Below, one piece after another: positions 28,850-46,540 of a stretch of 64,000 nucleotides of DNA. Source of the stretch: the human T2T-CHM13v2.0 reference genome, Homo sapiens; NCBI RefSeq assembly GCF_009914755.1, contig NC_060947.1; one strand, written 5' to 3'. Numbering within the stretch: the stretch's first letter is position 1; every line of letters starts with the position of its first letter. The position numbers and the translations under genes are program-made. The notes under the pieces were generated by a model. The model searched no databases. It was not told the DNA's origin and saw only the letters and a program-made list of their open reading frames with translations.

Positions 28850-29135
28850 TCTCTTTGGGGGGAGCGAAACTTTTTCTGTCACCCAGGCTACAGTGCAACG
28901 GCGCAGTCTCGGCTCATTGCAACCTCCAGGTTCAAGCAAATCTCCTGCCTCAGTCTCCTTAGTAGCTGGGATTACAAGCGCAGGCCACCAGACCTGATTA
29001 ATTGTTCTGCATTTTTAGTAGACATGGGGTTTCGCCATGTTGGCCAGGCTGGTCTCGAACTCCTGACCTCAAGGCATCCAAAATCCTTAGCCTCCCAAAG
29101 TCCTGGGATTACAAGTGTGACCCACTGCACCCAGC
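28850..29135 (-). mobile_element. Alu
   Basis: Reverse diverged dimer. Confidence 0.85.
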
Positions 29136-29384
29136 TATAGATACATTCCTAATTTCATGCAAATAATAAATCTGTATTGAAATTGGGTTACACTTTACAT
29201 TGTAGTTTGGAGCAGATCACATGTATATTTTAACAAAGCTTTCAGGAGCATGAATTCATTTAAATATCATCAATACTAAGTGTTGTTTTCAACATTTCAA
29301 GCCTTCAATGTAAATGAAGGAAAATCTGAAAAATATATGTTCAAAAACATTCCTTTAGAAAAGTAGACAGTATTTATTTATTTA

Positions 29385-29681
<297 letters not shown>

Positions 29682-29921
29682 AATTTTTTGTTTAAATTAT
29701 AACAGATGCATCACAATGTGCATTTTGGCTCTCTAGAATACATATTTGACTACATGTTTGGTTTAAGGTTCTGACATGTTAGAAGTAGAGTAACATACAC
29801 TTTACTTTGTCATTTATCTTACCGTGTGGTAAGTTTAATCCTCAAGGTTCTATAATTTTTCTTTTCTCCCTAAATCAGAGGCAGGGAATGGCTGTTTATG
29901 AGGCCACAGAGAATGCAATTA

Positions 29922-30311
<390 letters not shown>

Positions 30312-31922
30312 CTACCTTTCATTGCAGAATAAACCAATCAACCTCCTTGTCACTACCACTGGAACTTGGCTAGGTGTGATTTCCTTTCCAGGCTTCCATC
30401 CACTGCCCAGGCACATAGCCTCTTTATTAAAGATAGTTAGCAAGGGGTGAATAAAAGACCACTTAGCCTAAAGAATTCTAGGATTGGCACCACCAGCCTT
30501 TCTACCTTCAGATATGAGGTACTGTTCCATAGGTAGGTCTGTATTCTTCCATGAAAATGGTCGAGTCAAACTATTCCTCCATAGGAGGCAGTTTAGCAGA
30601 TGTCTAAGTCTATTTTAGGTGAAATACTCTGGGGAGGTAAGATATCCTTTTTGTCCTTTCCAGGAACAAGGATCATGGAGAAATGCTTCCCCTAGCGTCT
30701 CCAAGGCATTCATGCATGCCAATAGTATCTATGTCTGCAGATCATCATTCAACTCAACAAAACCAGCTAGAGAGAGAGCTAGACACAGTCAAAGATGTCA
30801 AAAAAGCCAGGCTACCCTAGAATGCCTTACCCTGGAATGCCTGCCTGAATCCTCAGAGGCCAGGAGAGGTCATACCTGAACAAGCTCTTGAAGCACTGTA
30901 ATGTCACAGTGCAGAACCAGACTAACATTAATTCCTTTCATTAAGAATTCAGATACTGAAATAATAAATTCTGAGGAAGAATGTCATGAGGAATAAGTCA
31001 CCCATACAATTTTAGCCACTCTTATTGATTCCTCAATTATGAGTCATAGAGTTTCTGGAGGTCTCCACACCAAAGGTTGTATGTCTTCATCAGGAAATAG
31101 CTTTGAAGCTGATACAGAAAATACTAGCTAGGATGAGGTAAATAATGATTTGCTCAGGCCTAAACAATGCCATCCTTCTCAGGGACATCCAACAGAAGAG
31201 AGCTACCTATGTGGCCTCCTTGACAGAAATGAGATGTCATCGGGGTCCCATTATGACAAAAGACTTTCTCCTGAACTTATAAAGTCACAGAAGCTGCTGG
31301 CTTGTGCGCTCAGATAATTGCTTAGGCCTTCCATCACATTCTTGGCCTTCATCCACTTCAGCAAATCGGCTCTGCTAAAAGATGATCTGGCCCACATAGG
31401 CATGTCAGTGTATCCTCACTCCTCTATAGAGGTCCCTCTAGTTGTAGGCAATGGTGTTTAGAATTTTTGTGTATCGAGGACCATGTGAATGACACTGGCT
31501 TCAGATAGATTGTCCCTGGAACTGTCCTGTCCATTGCAATCTAACGATGCTGCTATAAATGTCACAGCTGCATAACACAGGGACAGCCAGATTGCCTAAA
31601 ACTCCCAAGGGCATATTCATAACATAAATGCCCCAGGGGTCTGCACTTGGCTCTGTCATCTTCTAGTCTTGTCCCCACTATGAGGAAACTGAGGCCCTGT
31701 CCTCTATTTCCTGTACCAGGAGTTCCTGGAAACAGTTGGCTTAGTCCTGGTCCCTCACTCAGCAGATACTTCACTAAGACTTTGCATTTGTCTATTGCTT
31801 ATGCTAGGCCTCAGAGAAAAGGGTAGGAATGCCAACTTGTGTCTTGGGTGGCTTTTCCTTCCGCAACTGCTAGGGCTTACATGCAGGAAACGCTCACGGC
31901 TTTGGACGCTATGAAACTATTT

Positions 31923-31936
31923 CCGCACGATGGCAG
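31923..31936 (+). promoter_or_regulatory. CTCF-like motif ~190 bp from an RRD donor
   Basis: ccgcacgatggcag. Confidence 0.65.
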
Positions 31937-32124
31937 TATTGTACGAGAAAAGCCAACTAACTTTGCTCCAGGAGCTCTTCTCCCGCCCATCACGTTTCAA
32001 AAAAAAGGCCAAGAAGAGACAAAGACACCAGAAACTATGGCTACCTAACATTTTGCTACATTTGCGTAATGGTATTCCACTTTTGGCTTCTGCTGGATAT
32101 TAAACTGAGGTGTAATCCACTCAC

Positions 32125-32277
32125 CCTCATCAAGCATCTCCTCTTTTCAAGAACTCAGTTTCCGCTCAACCAAGTCTTCCCATTTCTACTCTTCTTCACT
32201 CAGCATTGTTTCTGCAGTGTTCTATTATGATATCAAATTGTCTTGTCGTATTGGGGACCGACCTCAGGGATCCATGT
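32125..32277 (-). ncRNA. FIRRE: RRD-type repeat exon, 153 nt
   Basis: Minus strand: ttctctttAG|acatgg ... gatgagg|GTGAGT. Confidence 0.8.
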
Positions 32278-32809
32278 CTAAAGAGAAAGGAAAAAAAACA
32301 TGTTGACATCTGAGGTCTTGGAGGACAGCAAATCTGGGCACCAGGCCACGTGTTTCTTCTCCTGACTCCCTACCCAGGTTCCCTGGGAGGTTTACTCCAT
32401 GTTCAGACCTAGTCAGTAGGCCTTGTATGTTGAGAGGGAGGTCGCTATTTAGTGGGGCTCTAACATAAGAGTCCAGATAGCTCTCAAGCTTGACAGACAC
32501 ACACAACCCTACTTGAATGTACATAAATACAGGAATGACTATAAATGCTAATCAGATGGATCCCAGGATTTTGTCTTACAGTTTCATTATATAACAGTGT
32601 AACACAAACATTTTCCTGGGTCATTAAACTGCAATGGCTTACAACTATGTCCTATGAGTTTGCTGTGTATGTGTGTTACTGTTTATCAGTTAGGAATCAG
32701 TCCTGTATTTTCACATTAGTAACAAAGAGGTGGGATTCGCAAAGAAGCTAAAAAAAATGTGGTGATCAAGAGAAAAGCAATGCCATACAACTGTGTATTA
32801 AACACTGAA

Positions 32810-33110
32810 GGCTGGGCGCGGTGGTTCACGCCAATAATCCCAGCACTTTGGGAGGCCAAGGCAGGCGGATCACTTGAGGTCAGGAGATCGAGACCAGCCT
32901 GACCAACATGGCGAAACCTCGCCTTTACTAAAAATATAAAAATTAGCTGGGCGTGGTGTCACATGCCTATAATCTCAGCTACTCGGGAGGCTGAGACAGG
33001 AGAATCGCTTGAACCGGGAGGTGGAGGTTGCAGTGAGCAAAGATCGCACCATTGCACTCCAGGCTGGGCAACAAGAGCGAGAATCCGTCTCAAAAAATAA
33101 AAATAAAAAA
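32810..33110 (+). mobile_element. AluS
   Basis: Dimer; TSD aaacactga. Confidence 0.9.
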
Positions 33111-33221
33111 CACTGATACCCTTTTTCGTATTTGCTCCCACTTTCAATACATAGATAAAAGTTCTATATATACAGTCAAACAGTCAAACACCACAGTAAA
33201 TTTACATTTAAATTGGATTCA

Positions 33222-33525
33222 GGCCAGGAGCAGTGGCTCATGCCTGTAATCCCAACATTTTGGGAGGCCGAGTCGGGCGGATCACTTGAGGTCAGGAGTT
33301 TGAGACCAGCCTGGGCACCATGTTGAAATGCCGTGTCTACTGAAAATACAAAAATAAGCCAGGTGTGGTGGCGAGTACCTATAATCACACCTACTCGGAA
33401 GGTTAAGGCAGGAGAATCGCTTGAATCCGGGAGGCCAAGGTTGCAGTGAACTGACATCACACCACTGCACTCCCACCTGGGCAACGGAGGGAGGGCCTGT
33501 CTCAGAAAAAAAAAAAAAAAAAAAA
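33222..33525 (+). mobile_element. AluS
   Basis: Dimer; TSD aaattggatt. Confidence 0.9.
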
Positions 33526-34105
33526 TTGGATTTAGCTATGTATTGTAAAGTAAAAATTTTCATTCTAAAATTTGGTTCCTGACCAATTTTTGACATTGTC
33601 ATATAAAATTTGCAATTTCTATATTTTAGACAATAAATTATTTGCAAAGAACTTCGTGATTATACTAGTCATTAAAAAATAAGTTGTTTGCTCTTTTTAA
33701 TCTAAAAATGTGTTTATATGTATATAAACACATAAATATTTACATATCATATAAATATGTATATTATACATACTTATACCTCTGAAAATTAGGATTTTAA
33801 GATTATTCTTGAGATTTTAGCTCTAATTCTTACCTTCAAATTTTATCTTTAAAAACTCAAAAGAAGCAAAACAACATCCAATACATGATAATTGAATTAG
33901 GCATCTCTCACATTCAGTCACTTAGATGTGAACCCTAAGAAAACTGTAAGATGGATGTATTCACACCACTCACATGCAGCTACAATGTTTCATTAATGTC
34001 TGTTTATATAACTATGAATTAAAGATATGAATTTGTTGGCCAAAAATATCATATTCAAACATATACTCACTATAACACTGACCATGATTTGAAATATATG
34101 CCATT

Positions 34106-34400
34106 GGCTGGGTGTGGTGGCTCGCGACTGTAATCCCAACATTTTGAGAGGCTAAGGCAGGAGGATTGCTTGAGCCCGGGAGTTTGAGACCATCTCGGGC
34201 AATTTAGTGAGACCCTGTCTCTACAAAAAATACAAAATATACCTGTGCGTGGTGGCATGCACCTGTGGGCCCAGCTACACAGGAGGTGGAGGTGAGAGGA
34301 TCACCGGAGCCCAGGGAGGTCGTGGCTGCTGTGAGCCACGATCATGCCACTGCACTCCAGCCTGGATGACAGGGCGAGACCCTGTCTAAAAAAATATATA
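34106..34400 (+). mobile_element. AluJ
   Basis: Diverged dimer. Confidence 0.85.
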
Positions 34401-34859
34401 TATGGCATTTTTAAATCTGTATATGCATATAAACAGATATGAATACACACAGTCCCACACACATTTTACATTCAATATAATTGGATTCATACTGTTTGCA
34501 ATTTTGTACAAAATCTTCGGCATCACCTTATAATCTTTGAATATATCCATATCAATATATACTTTTGAGTGCTTGAGTTTTTTTATATTTTACTCTAGAA
34601 AAACTTTAAGAAATTACAAGCAGAAAACATATGGTAGGTCAAACCTAGTGAGAAGTAATCACTTTTAAAATATCTATGCTATGTATTATGATCTCTTTCC
34701 TATGCACATATAATATGTACATTTATAAACTAATGTTCAAATTCCCCTGTAGTATAATCATTGAAACAAGTTTTCTTCACTGATAACTTGAGTACTTTTC
34801 AAATGTAATTAATTATTCTTGGAAATAATGATAGGTTTAAAAATATTGGCACTTTTTGA

Positions 34860-39590
<4,731 letters not shown>

Positions 39591-40787
39591 GTTGCCTTTC
39601 CAGAGAGAGGGACTACAGAAGTTCCCTAATGCATACTTTTCATTGATGTCACTTTCGCCACCTGTTTTTGAATTCGTAGAAACAATCATGCTTCTTGAAA
39701 ACATACCTGCCACAATAGTCATACATGATAACGTGAAGTGAGATCACGGGTAATGCCATCTCCAACAAATACTATTAAAATGTAGATTGATTTTCAGTCC
39801 CTTTCACTGTTTTTGGTTTATGTGTTTATGTACAACAGTCCACTAGAAGAAGATGTAACTCTTCCTTGATTAGCTCAGTGGTTCAATTTCTCTTTATGCC
39901 CTTCTAGTCTTCAGACAATTGGGTGCCCTTGAGACCCTCAGAAAACTTACTTGCTCCTGCTACATCCCACCTGGAATTGGTCTGTCCTTGGTGTTCTCAC
40001 ATTGCTGCAACAAATGACTCATGCCTCACAGCAGAGTGACACTGCCTGAAAGCCTGCTAACTCTTGCTCCAAGGGAGAAACATAACGCACCCATCCATTC
40101 CCCACGTAGGCACCGTGTAAAGTCTCAGGAAATACTTGAAGTATATGTAACACATGGGAATGTTGTTATTTTGGTGTTAAATGATGCGACCATGAGATAT
40201 AACTCTGTGTAACCTCGACAGGAATTGAACATATGCATTATGAGTATCATTCCATGTGGAGTATATGTGGCGGGCAGCAATGACAACTATCGGATCCCTC
40301 CTCTATGGCTGATGCCAAATTACTGCCTATAGTGCAACACATGAGGCTAGAACATGAAGAACTCCCTGGTTGTCTGGGCGGGGAGCCAGATCAAAGAACA
40401 CCAGAATTTGTAAATTGCTTGCCAGAGAAGATCTCCAAGTTTCAAGTAATTTTCTCCTTGTGCCTTCATCCCCTGAAAAAGATAATTTTATACCATGAAG
40501 TGTACTGGCCCCTTAACTCTGTGAAATAAATCGCACCCTCAAAGTCTTGGACAGGAGGATATTTAATTTCTGAAAGCACAAGATTCTTAATGAAGGCGGG
40601 CCTTGTTTGATTTCAAGTGGAAAACAAAAGCAAAAGTGCAGCGGTAAGACCAGCTGGCCCCAAACTGGGCTAAATGCAAGGCAGCCATGTTTGGTGGCGC
40701 CTTTGTGGATGCGTGGCGTTTTTTCATACAGGAAGGGCGGGAGTAGAGGGCGCCAAGACCAGACTACTTAGCATATTTGGAGCACTA

Positions 40788-40801
40788 CTGCCATCGTGAG
40801 G
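40788..40801 (-). promoter_or_regulatory. CTCF-like motif
   Basis: cctcacgatggcag on minus. Confidence 0.65.
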
Positions 40802-41457
40802 ATGTCGTTTAACGAAACCCTACGCCATTACAGAGTTCTAGTGTGGGCTACCTGTTGGGACAGGTCTGGTCTGGTAAGAGGTGGAAGAGGCTTGGCCTCT
40901 ATGCTGGGAGGCCTCGCCTACTCCTCTAAGGCTTTAAAAAAGACCTGGACATTGGCGGTATCTTGCTATAGAACCTGGAGTGTGAAGGTTCTAATAGCAA
41001 ATCCTGTAAACTTCCCTTGGAATAACCCTGTTAATTGTGCGCAACACTCATGCTACCAGAGACCCAAAGATCCATAGCAAGATGACAGCTCGTGGAAAAC
41101 TTCTGACTCTTGCTCCAAGGGGCAGGAACAGCAAAGAGATGCCCATAAGAGCCTACATGTGTCTTTGAGAGGGTTTCTGCTGTCCTGCCCACACCAGGAG
41201 GAACTGAGGCCCCGACCCACGACTTCCTGTACCAGGACCTCCTGGCAGCTGCTGCTTCACTCCAAGCCCCTCAATCTCCAGGTTCTACACCAAGATACCG
41301 CCAAATTCCAGTTCTCTCTTCAGGCCTTAGAGGAGAAGGCAACAAGACCTAGTCTGGAGCCCAATCCTCTTCCACCTCCTCACAGACCAGACTTTCCCCC
41401 ACAGCGAGGCTTCCCGGGAAGGACGCTGTAATAGCCTATTCTGTCTTTAAACGATTT

Positions 41458-41471
41458 CCTCACGGTGGCAG
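41458..41471 (+). promoter_or_regulatory. CTCF-like motif
   Basis: cctcacggtggcag. Confidence 0.65.
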
Positions 41472-42074
41472 TAGTGCTTCAGATTTTCAAGGACGCCCTG
41501 TCTTGGAGCAGTCTTCTCCCGCCCTTCCTGTCTGAAAAAACGCCACCCAGAGACAAATGCGCCAGGAGACATGGCTGCCTTGCATTTTGCACAGTTTGGG
41601 GCAACCTGTGCAAATTCCTGTACTTTTGCTTTTCTTTTCCATGTGAAATCAAGTCAAAGCCTAAACGACCCATCCTCATCAGGAATCTTGTTCTTTCAAG
41701 AAATTAAATGTTTTCCAGACTTAGTCTATGTGGGTTGGCTCAGTACTTTCACATGGTATCAAAATGTCTGTCTCAGGCCGGAAATTAGACCGATCAGAGA
41801 AGAAAAGCGATAATAAATGGTCAGAAGCCTGGAGATCATCATGAGCCACCAATTCACAAGTCTAGGTGATCTTTGACCTATTCCCCTCCCCAGACAACCA
41901 GGGAGTCCTCCTCCATTTTCTCAGTTTATGTGATGAATTGTCAGAAAGTGTTTGGTAGAAGTAGGAAGAGAAGGCCAAGACAGCGCACATCATTGTATGT
42001 AATACATTGTTCCACAGGGCATGATACATATACTTACATCTGTATAAACTCCCATTAGAAGTTACACAGTTTTG

Positions 42075-42467
<393 letters not shown>

Positions 42468-42534
42468 TCAGCTTCTTCTTGTGACTTGAGTGTGTGTGTG
42501 TGTGTGTGCCTGCATGTGTGTGTGTGTGTGTTAC

Positions 42535-42704
42535 CTCTTATCTCTTAGGTATCAGTCTTACAATATCTTCTTATTAGCAATGGTGTTTGCAAGCCAGGTA
42601 CAGTCTTGTGTTCTTGTAGTTTCAGCTTCTTGGAAGGCTGAGGCAGGAGAATAGCTTGGGCCCAGGAGCAGAGCAGCTTGAAGAACATACTGACACCTTA
42701 GTCT
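42535..42704 (-). ncRNA. FIRRE: Probable FIRRE exon (170 nt), partly an exonised antisense FLAM/Alu monomer
   Basis: Minus strand: T-tract AG|agactaagg ... ataagag|GTAACA; acceptor supplied by the reverse complement of the FLAM A-tail. Confidence 0.65.
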
Positions 42705-42728
42705 CTAAAAAAAAAAAATTAAAAAAGA
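42590..42728 (+). mobile_element. FLAM/FAM-like Alu monomer
   Basis: ggctgaggcaggagaatagcttgggcccaggag plus A-tail. Confidence 0.7.
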
Positions 42729-43561
42729 ATGATGTTTGCCATATAGTTCAAAAATAATCTTGTGTACATCAAGAAGAATAACACCATCATAAAATCTGTT
42801 AAGACAACTGATAACATTTTGGGTTATTTTCTTCCATACTTTTCAATGTATAGATACATACGCCTACTATATTTTGTTCACACAAAAAATAAATCTATAT
42901 TAAAATTGGATTAATCTGTACATTGTGGTTTGGATCAGACCAGATGTGTATTCTGACAAAGTTTTGAAGGGAAAGTATTTGCTTGCATTAAATGCATGTA
43001 CAAATTCTCCTTAACATCTTGTTTTGTATAAATAAGTACATACACACATACATACGGATATAGGCACAGATCATGGTAACTGAAATGATTACCATGACTA
43101 ATCACTACCATGACTAATCACTACTATGGTTAGTAAACATGTGTACACAGATAGGTGTATAAATATCATAAATAAGTGGTCTCTCAATCCCAATAGGAAA
43201 TGACTTTTAAAATGGTTTTATCACACATTCACGTCTTCTATTGGTCATATAAGAACTTCTCTATTTAAAGTTCCCATATATTTGTATGTCCAGTGTTCAA
43301 ATATGTTCTCTACATTTATTGTAGCTTAAACATTTGCAAACTTGTTAAATATTCTTAAAGATTATTCTTAAATATTTTGTGGGATGCCAGGTTGTTTTTA
43401 AGAGTGCCTTCCTGTTTTTGGCATTTCTCGAAATTAGATCTGCTTATTTACAATATTTTCAGATACAGTAGCCCTGTTTAAAGAAAAGCAGGTAGGTCAC
43501 AGTTAATGCCACCACCAAGAAACAAGTAATTTCAAAATGCGGATCTATTATCAGCATTCCC

Positions 43562-43575
43562 TTTCTCTTTCTTTC

Positions 43576-43607
<32 letters not shown>

Positions 43608-44400
43608 GGCAGTTTCTCGACTTTATTAGCCTGGAGCTCCTCTCCGACATCCCCAGGGGCTGGTCTCTGGTCCCTGGGCACAGTGAGCAGGACTGAGGTC
43701 AGACGGGTTCAGCCCCTGGCCATAGCAGCTTGGGACAGCTGGGCCAAGGGAACAACAGGTGCAAAAGTCCAAATGCTGGCACTTCAGGTGTGGCCGGCAC
43801 CCAGCCAGGCGCAACAGTGGATGGGCAGGACGCCATGCTCCTCTCCTGGCGATAGGTAGACCATAGCAGCGCTCCCTCCCAGCAGCCGCTAGGAACAGCT
43901 GGTGATTCTAGCCAGGAAGTGCTGCGCCCACCACTCGTCCAAGTCAATGGGCACGAAGTTCTGCAGCCGGGGATTGGGGATCCTCTCCACTGCACAGGCC
44001 TTGTCCCGCCCTCACCGGCTGGGCCACCATCCAGCTGCTGCCGCACCTGCTGCCAGGCTTCGGACACAAAGCGGACATTCTCCTTGTGGGCCAGTGTGTA
44101 GGTCTCCTGGGTCCCCTGGAGGGATGGGGACTTGGAGGGGTCCCGCCGGCGATTCACACGATTGAACACAAGCCTTGGCCCTGCACTCGACAGGGGCCAG
44201 GGTCCCAGCGGCTGCGCGAAGGGCTGCGCCCGCTGGGGCTGCAAGGTCGGCGGCGCGGGCTGCCGGCTTTTCAGGAGCTCCTGGAGCTGGCCCTTCACCT
44301 GCTGCTGCGTGAGACCTGTGCGGCGCTGCGCGACCAACTTGCTGGGCCCGTTGATGATGGTGTACATGGCGCGCCGCTCCCAGACTGCCGCCGGCCCCCC
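43562..44400 (-). pseudogene. MCRIP2P1: Processed pseudogene of MCRIP2 (FAM195A)
   Basis: ORF 43699-44367 translates MYTIINGPSKLVAQRRTG...HKENVRFVSEAWQQV, matching MCRIP2. Intronless, frameshift after PVQ, AATAAA at 43622-43627, A-rich tail 43562-43607, imperfect TSD tcagYattcc. The P1 suffix is from memory. Confidence 0.9.
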
Positions 44401-46233
44401 ACCAGATCTCAGTATTCCGTTTTTCTATGTTTCGAAGAAATATAAATTACTGAATTCCATCTGTGGTCAATAAGGATTTTGCACCAACTGTTTCAGTACA
44501 CGTTTGTTCTTGATTGCTTCTCAAATTATGAATATCAGCTTTTTGAGAAATCTCTTAGAATATTCAAATCTGTGAAGGACAAGCAAAAACACTTCATCGT
44601 AAATCCCATTTTCATGAAGCAACCACCATCAGCAGCTTGATGGCTACATGCATTCAAATATTATAAATGGATTCTATGATTGTTCATGAGAGGTGATACT
44701 ATTTAACTAAAGCGATAGAGGCTTATTAATATACTCCCTTATTTGCACAACAAAGTGTTCAACATACACACACAATCACATTAATTACTCCCTTCAATTC
44801 CATCCTCATCAAACTATAGGTAGTATTTAATGCCTTGAATATTTCACACAATATTAGGTAATGGGAAATTTCCAATGGCATGGAGTAACTAATAGTACTT
44901 TATTGCTAACTCTCATAACATTTCTTTATTGTTCAAAAATAACAATGAATCAACTAGTGCTCAAATCCTAAGGATGATATAAACACTTAGCAAAAAAATG
45001 AAAAATTGAACAATTATAGCAGAAGTTAATGAGACATATTCTCTATCACATAAACTCAATCAAAATTCAATTACTGTTTTTCTCAACTGCATTTAGCTCG
45101 TTCTTCTATTTGCATTTTATTGGGGGGGGTAGAGGGAATGTACATGTGCAGGAATTTTTTTTTGTTATAAACATCAAATAACACCCTTTATGTGAAATTT
45201 CCTTCTAATTTAATATTTTTCCTTCTATCATTTTTCTCAGGTTTTATATAGAAAGCCTACTTAAAATGTCACTAAACATACTTCAGCTAATTGGATTTTG
45301 TGTTAAATAATAATTTGTTAGAACTTTTTAATTTTCTTGACTAGTAAGAGCAAGACATTTAATCATCCCAGCATGTAAACAGTGCTGTTTATTTTTAAAT
45401 AAAAACATGGTATTACTCAGAATGTTATCAGTACTAAGCCTTATTTGTCAATGTGTCAAGCCTTCATTATAAATAAAAGTAAAACTGGAAAATGTGCTCT
45501 CAAAAACTCAGCTTTAGAGAAGTAGACACTGTTAGTTGTTTTGTTTGAATTTTTTCAATTTACAGATACATTACAATGTGCATATTGGCTTTCTAGAATA
45601 CATACATGTTTAGACGTTTGGTTCAAGGTTATCACATGTTAGAAGTAAAATGCCCTTGACTTTGCCATTTCTCTTACCTAGTGTTAGCAAACTTACATGG
45701 TTTGATCCCCAAGGTCCAACTGTTTGCTTTTCTCCCTAAATCAGAGGCAGGGAATGTCTCTGCCAATCAGGCCACAGAGAATGGAATTCAGACTTTGTGA
45801 AGGCTGAAGGGATTACCTAAGGAGCCTAACTCATCTAGTCAAGGCTTTCTGTGAGTGTTCTTTAGATGATATTTGAAGGGAAGGTTAGAGGTCATTTTTC
45901 TCTTTCACAAAATACCTGGAAGACCTCGTGCTTTGCTTCCCAGAGCCTCTGCAAGGCACTGCTGTGTGTCAGTACACCTATGTCCATAGGCCATCCTTGA
46001 AATCAACCATGATAAGTCAAAAAGAGAGAGGCACAGGCCAGGATGTCACAAAAGCCAGTTCCCTTCTCCTGGTACAGCATGGTCTACATGGTAGGTGATG
46101 GAATCTTACCTTTCAAGGTAAGATATATTTTTATATCTTTTAGGTCTAGTTGACTCATAACTTTGTTCACATCCTCTAATTCCTTAATGATCTTCAGTTT
46201 AGTTGTTTCATTCATTACTTAAGGTGGGGTATT

Positions 46234-46540
46234 GGGCTGGGTGACGTGGCTCACGCCTGTAATCCTAGCACTTTGGGAGGCTGAGGCGGGCAGACCACTC
46301 AAGGCCAAGAGTTCAAGACCAGCATGGCCAAAATGGTGAAACCCCTTCTCTGCGAAAAATAAACAAATTAGCTGGGCACATTGGCGCACGCTTGTAATCC
46401 CAGCTACTCGGGAGGCTGAGACATAGGTATTGCTTGAACCCAGGAGGCGGAGATTGCAGCCAAGATGGTGCCACTACACTCCAGCCTGGGTGACAGAGTG
46501 AGAGACTCTGTCTCTAAATAAATAAATAAATAAATACATA
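46234..46540 (+). mobile_element. AluS
   Basis: Dimer; TSD gtggggtattg. Confidence 0.88.

Larger units (their letters stand above)
40110..42060. repeat. Palindromic cassette D (arms ~40110-40986 and ~41271-42060), spacer inverted relative to A-C
   Basis: Spacer reads agcaaatcctgtaaacttccc..., the reverse complement of the A-C spacer. Confidence 0.85.

Noticed and set aside
28479-28997. Several long Y/I-rich ORFs
   Set aside because: Translation of the AT minisatellite
41465-41707. Recurrent 60-80 aa ORFs (AVVLxIF...LLPPFLSEKTP...GCLAFCPVW) in repeat arms, also 704-913, 11004-11186, 12151-12360, 27684-27890
   Set aside because: Mostly GTG/TTG starts, frameshifts in several copies and both strands used; explained by DNA-level repeat similarity. 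A dN/dS test or Ribo-seq could reopen this.
43400-43490. Possible minus-strand acceptor (ttttctttaaacAG near 43473)
   Set aside because: No convincing GT donor found to define an exon
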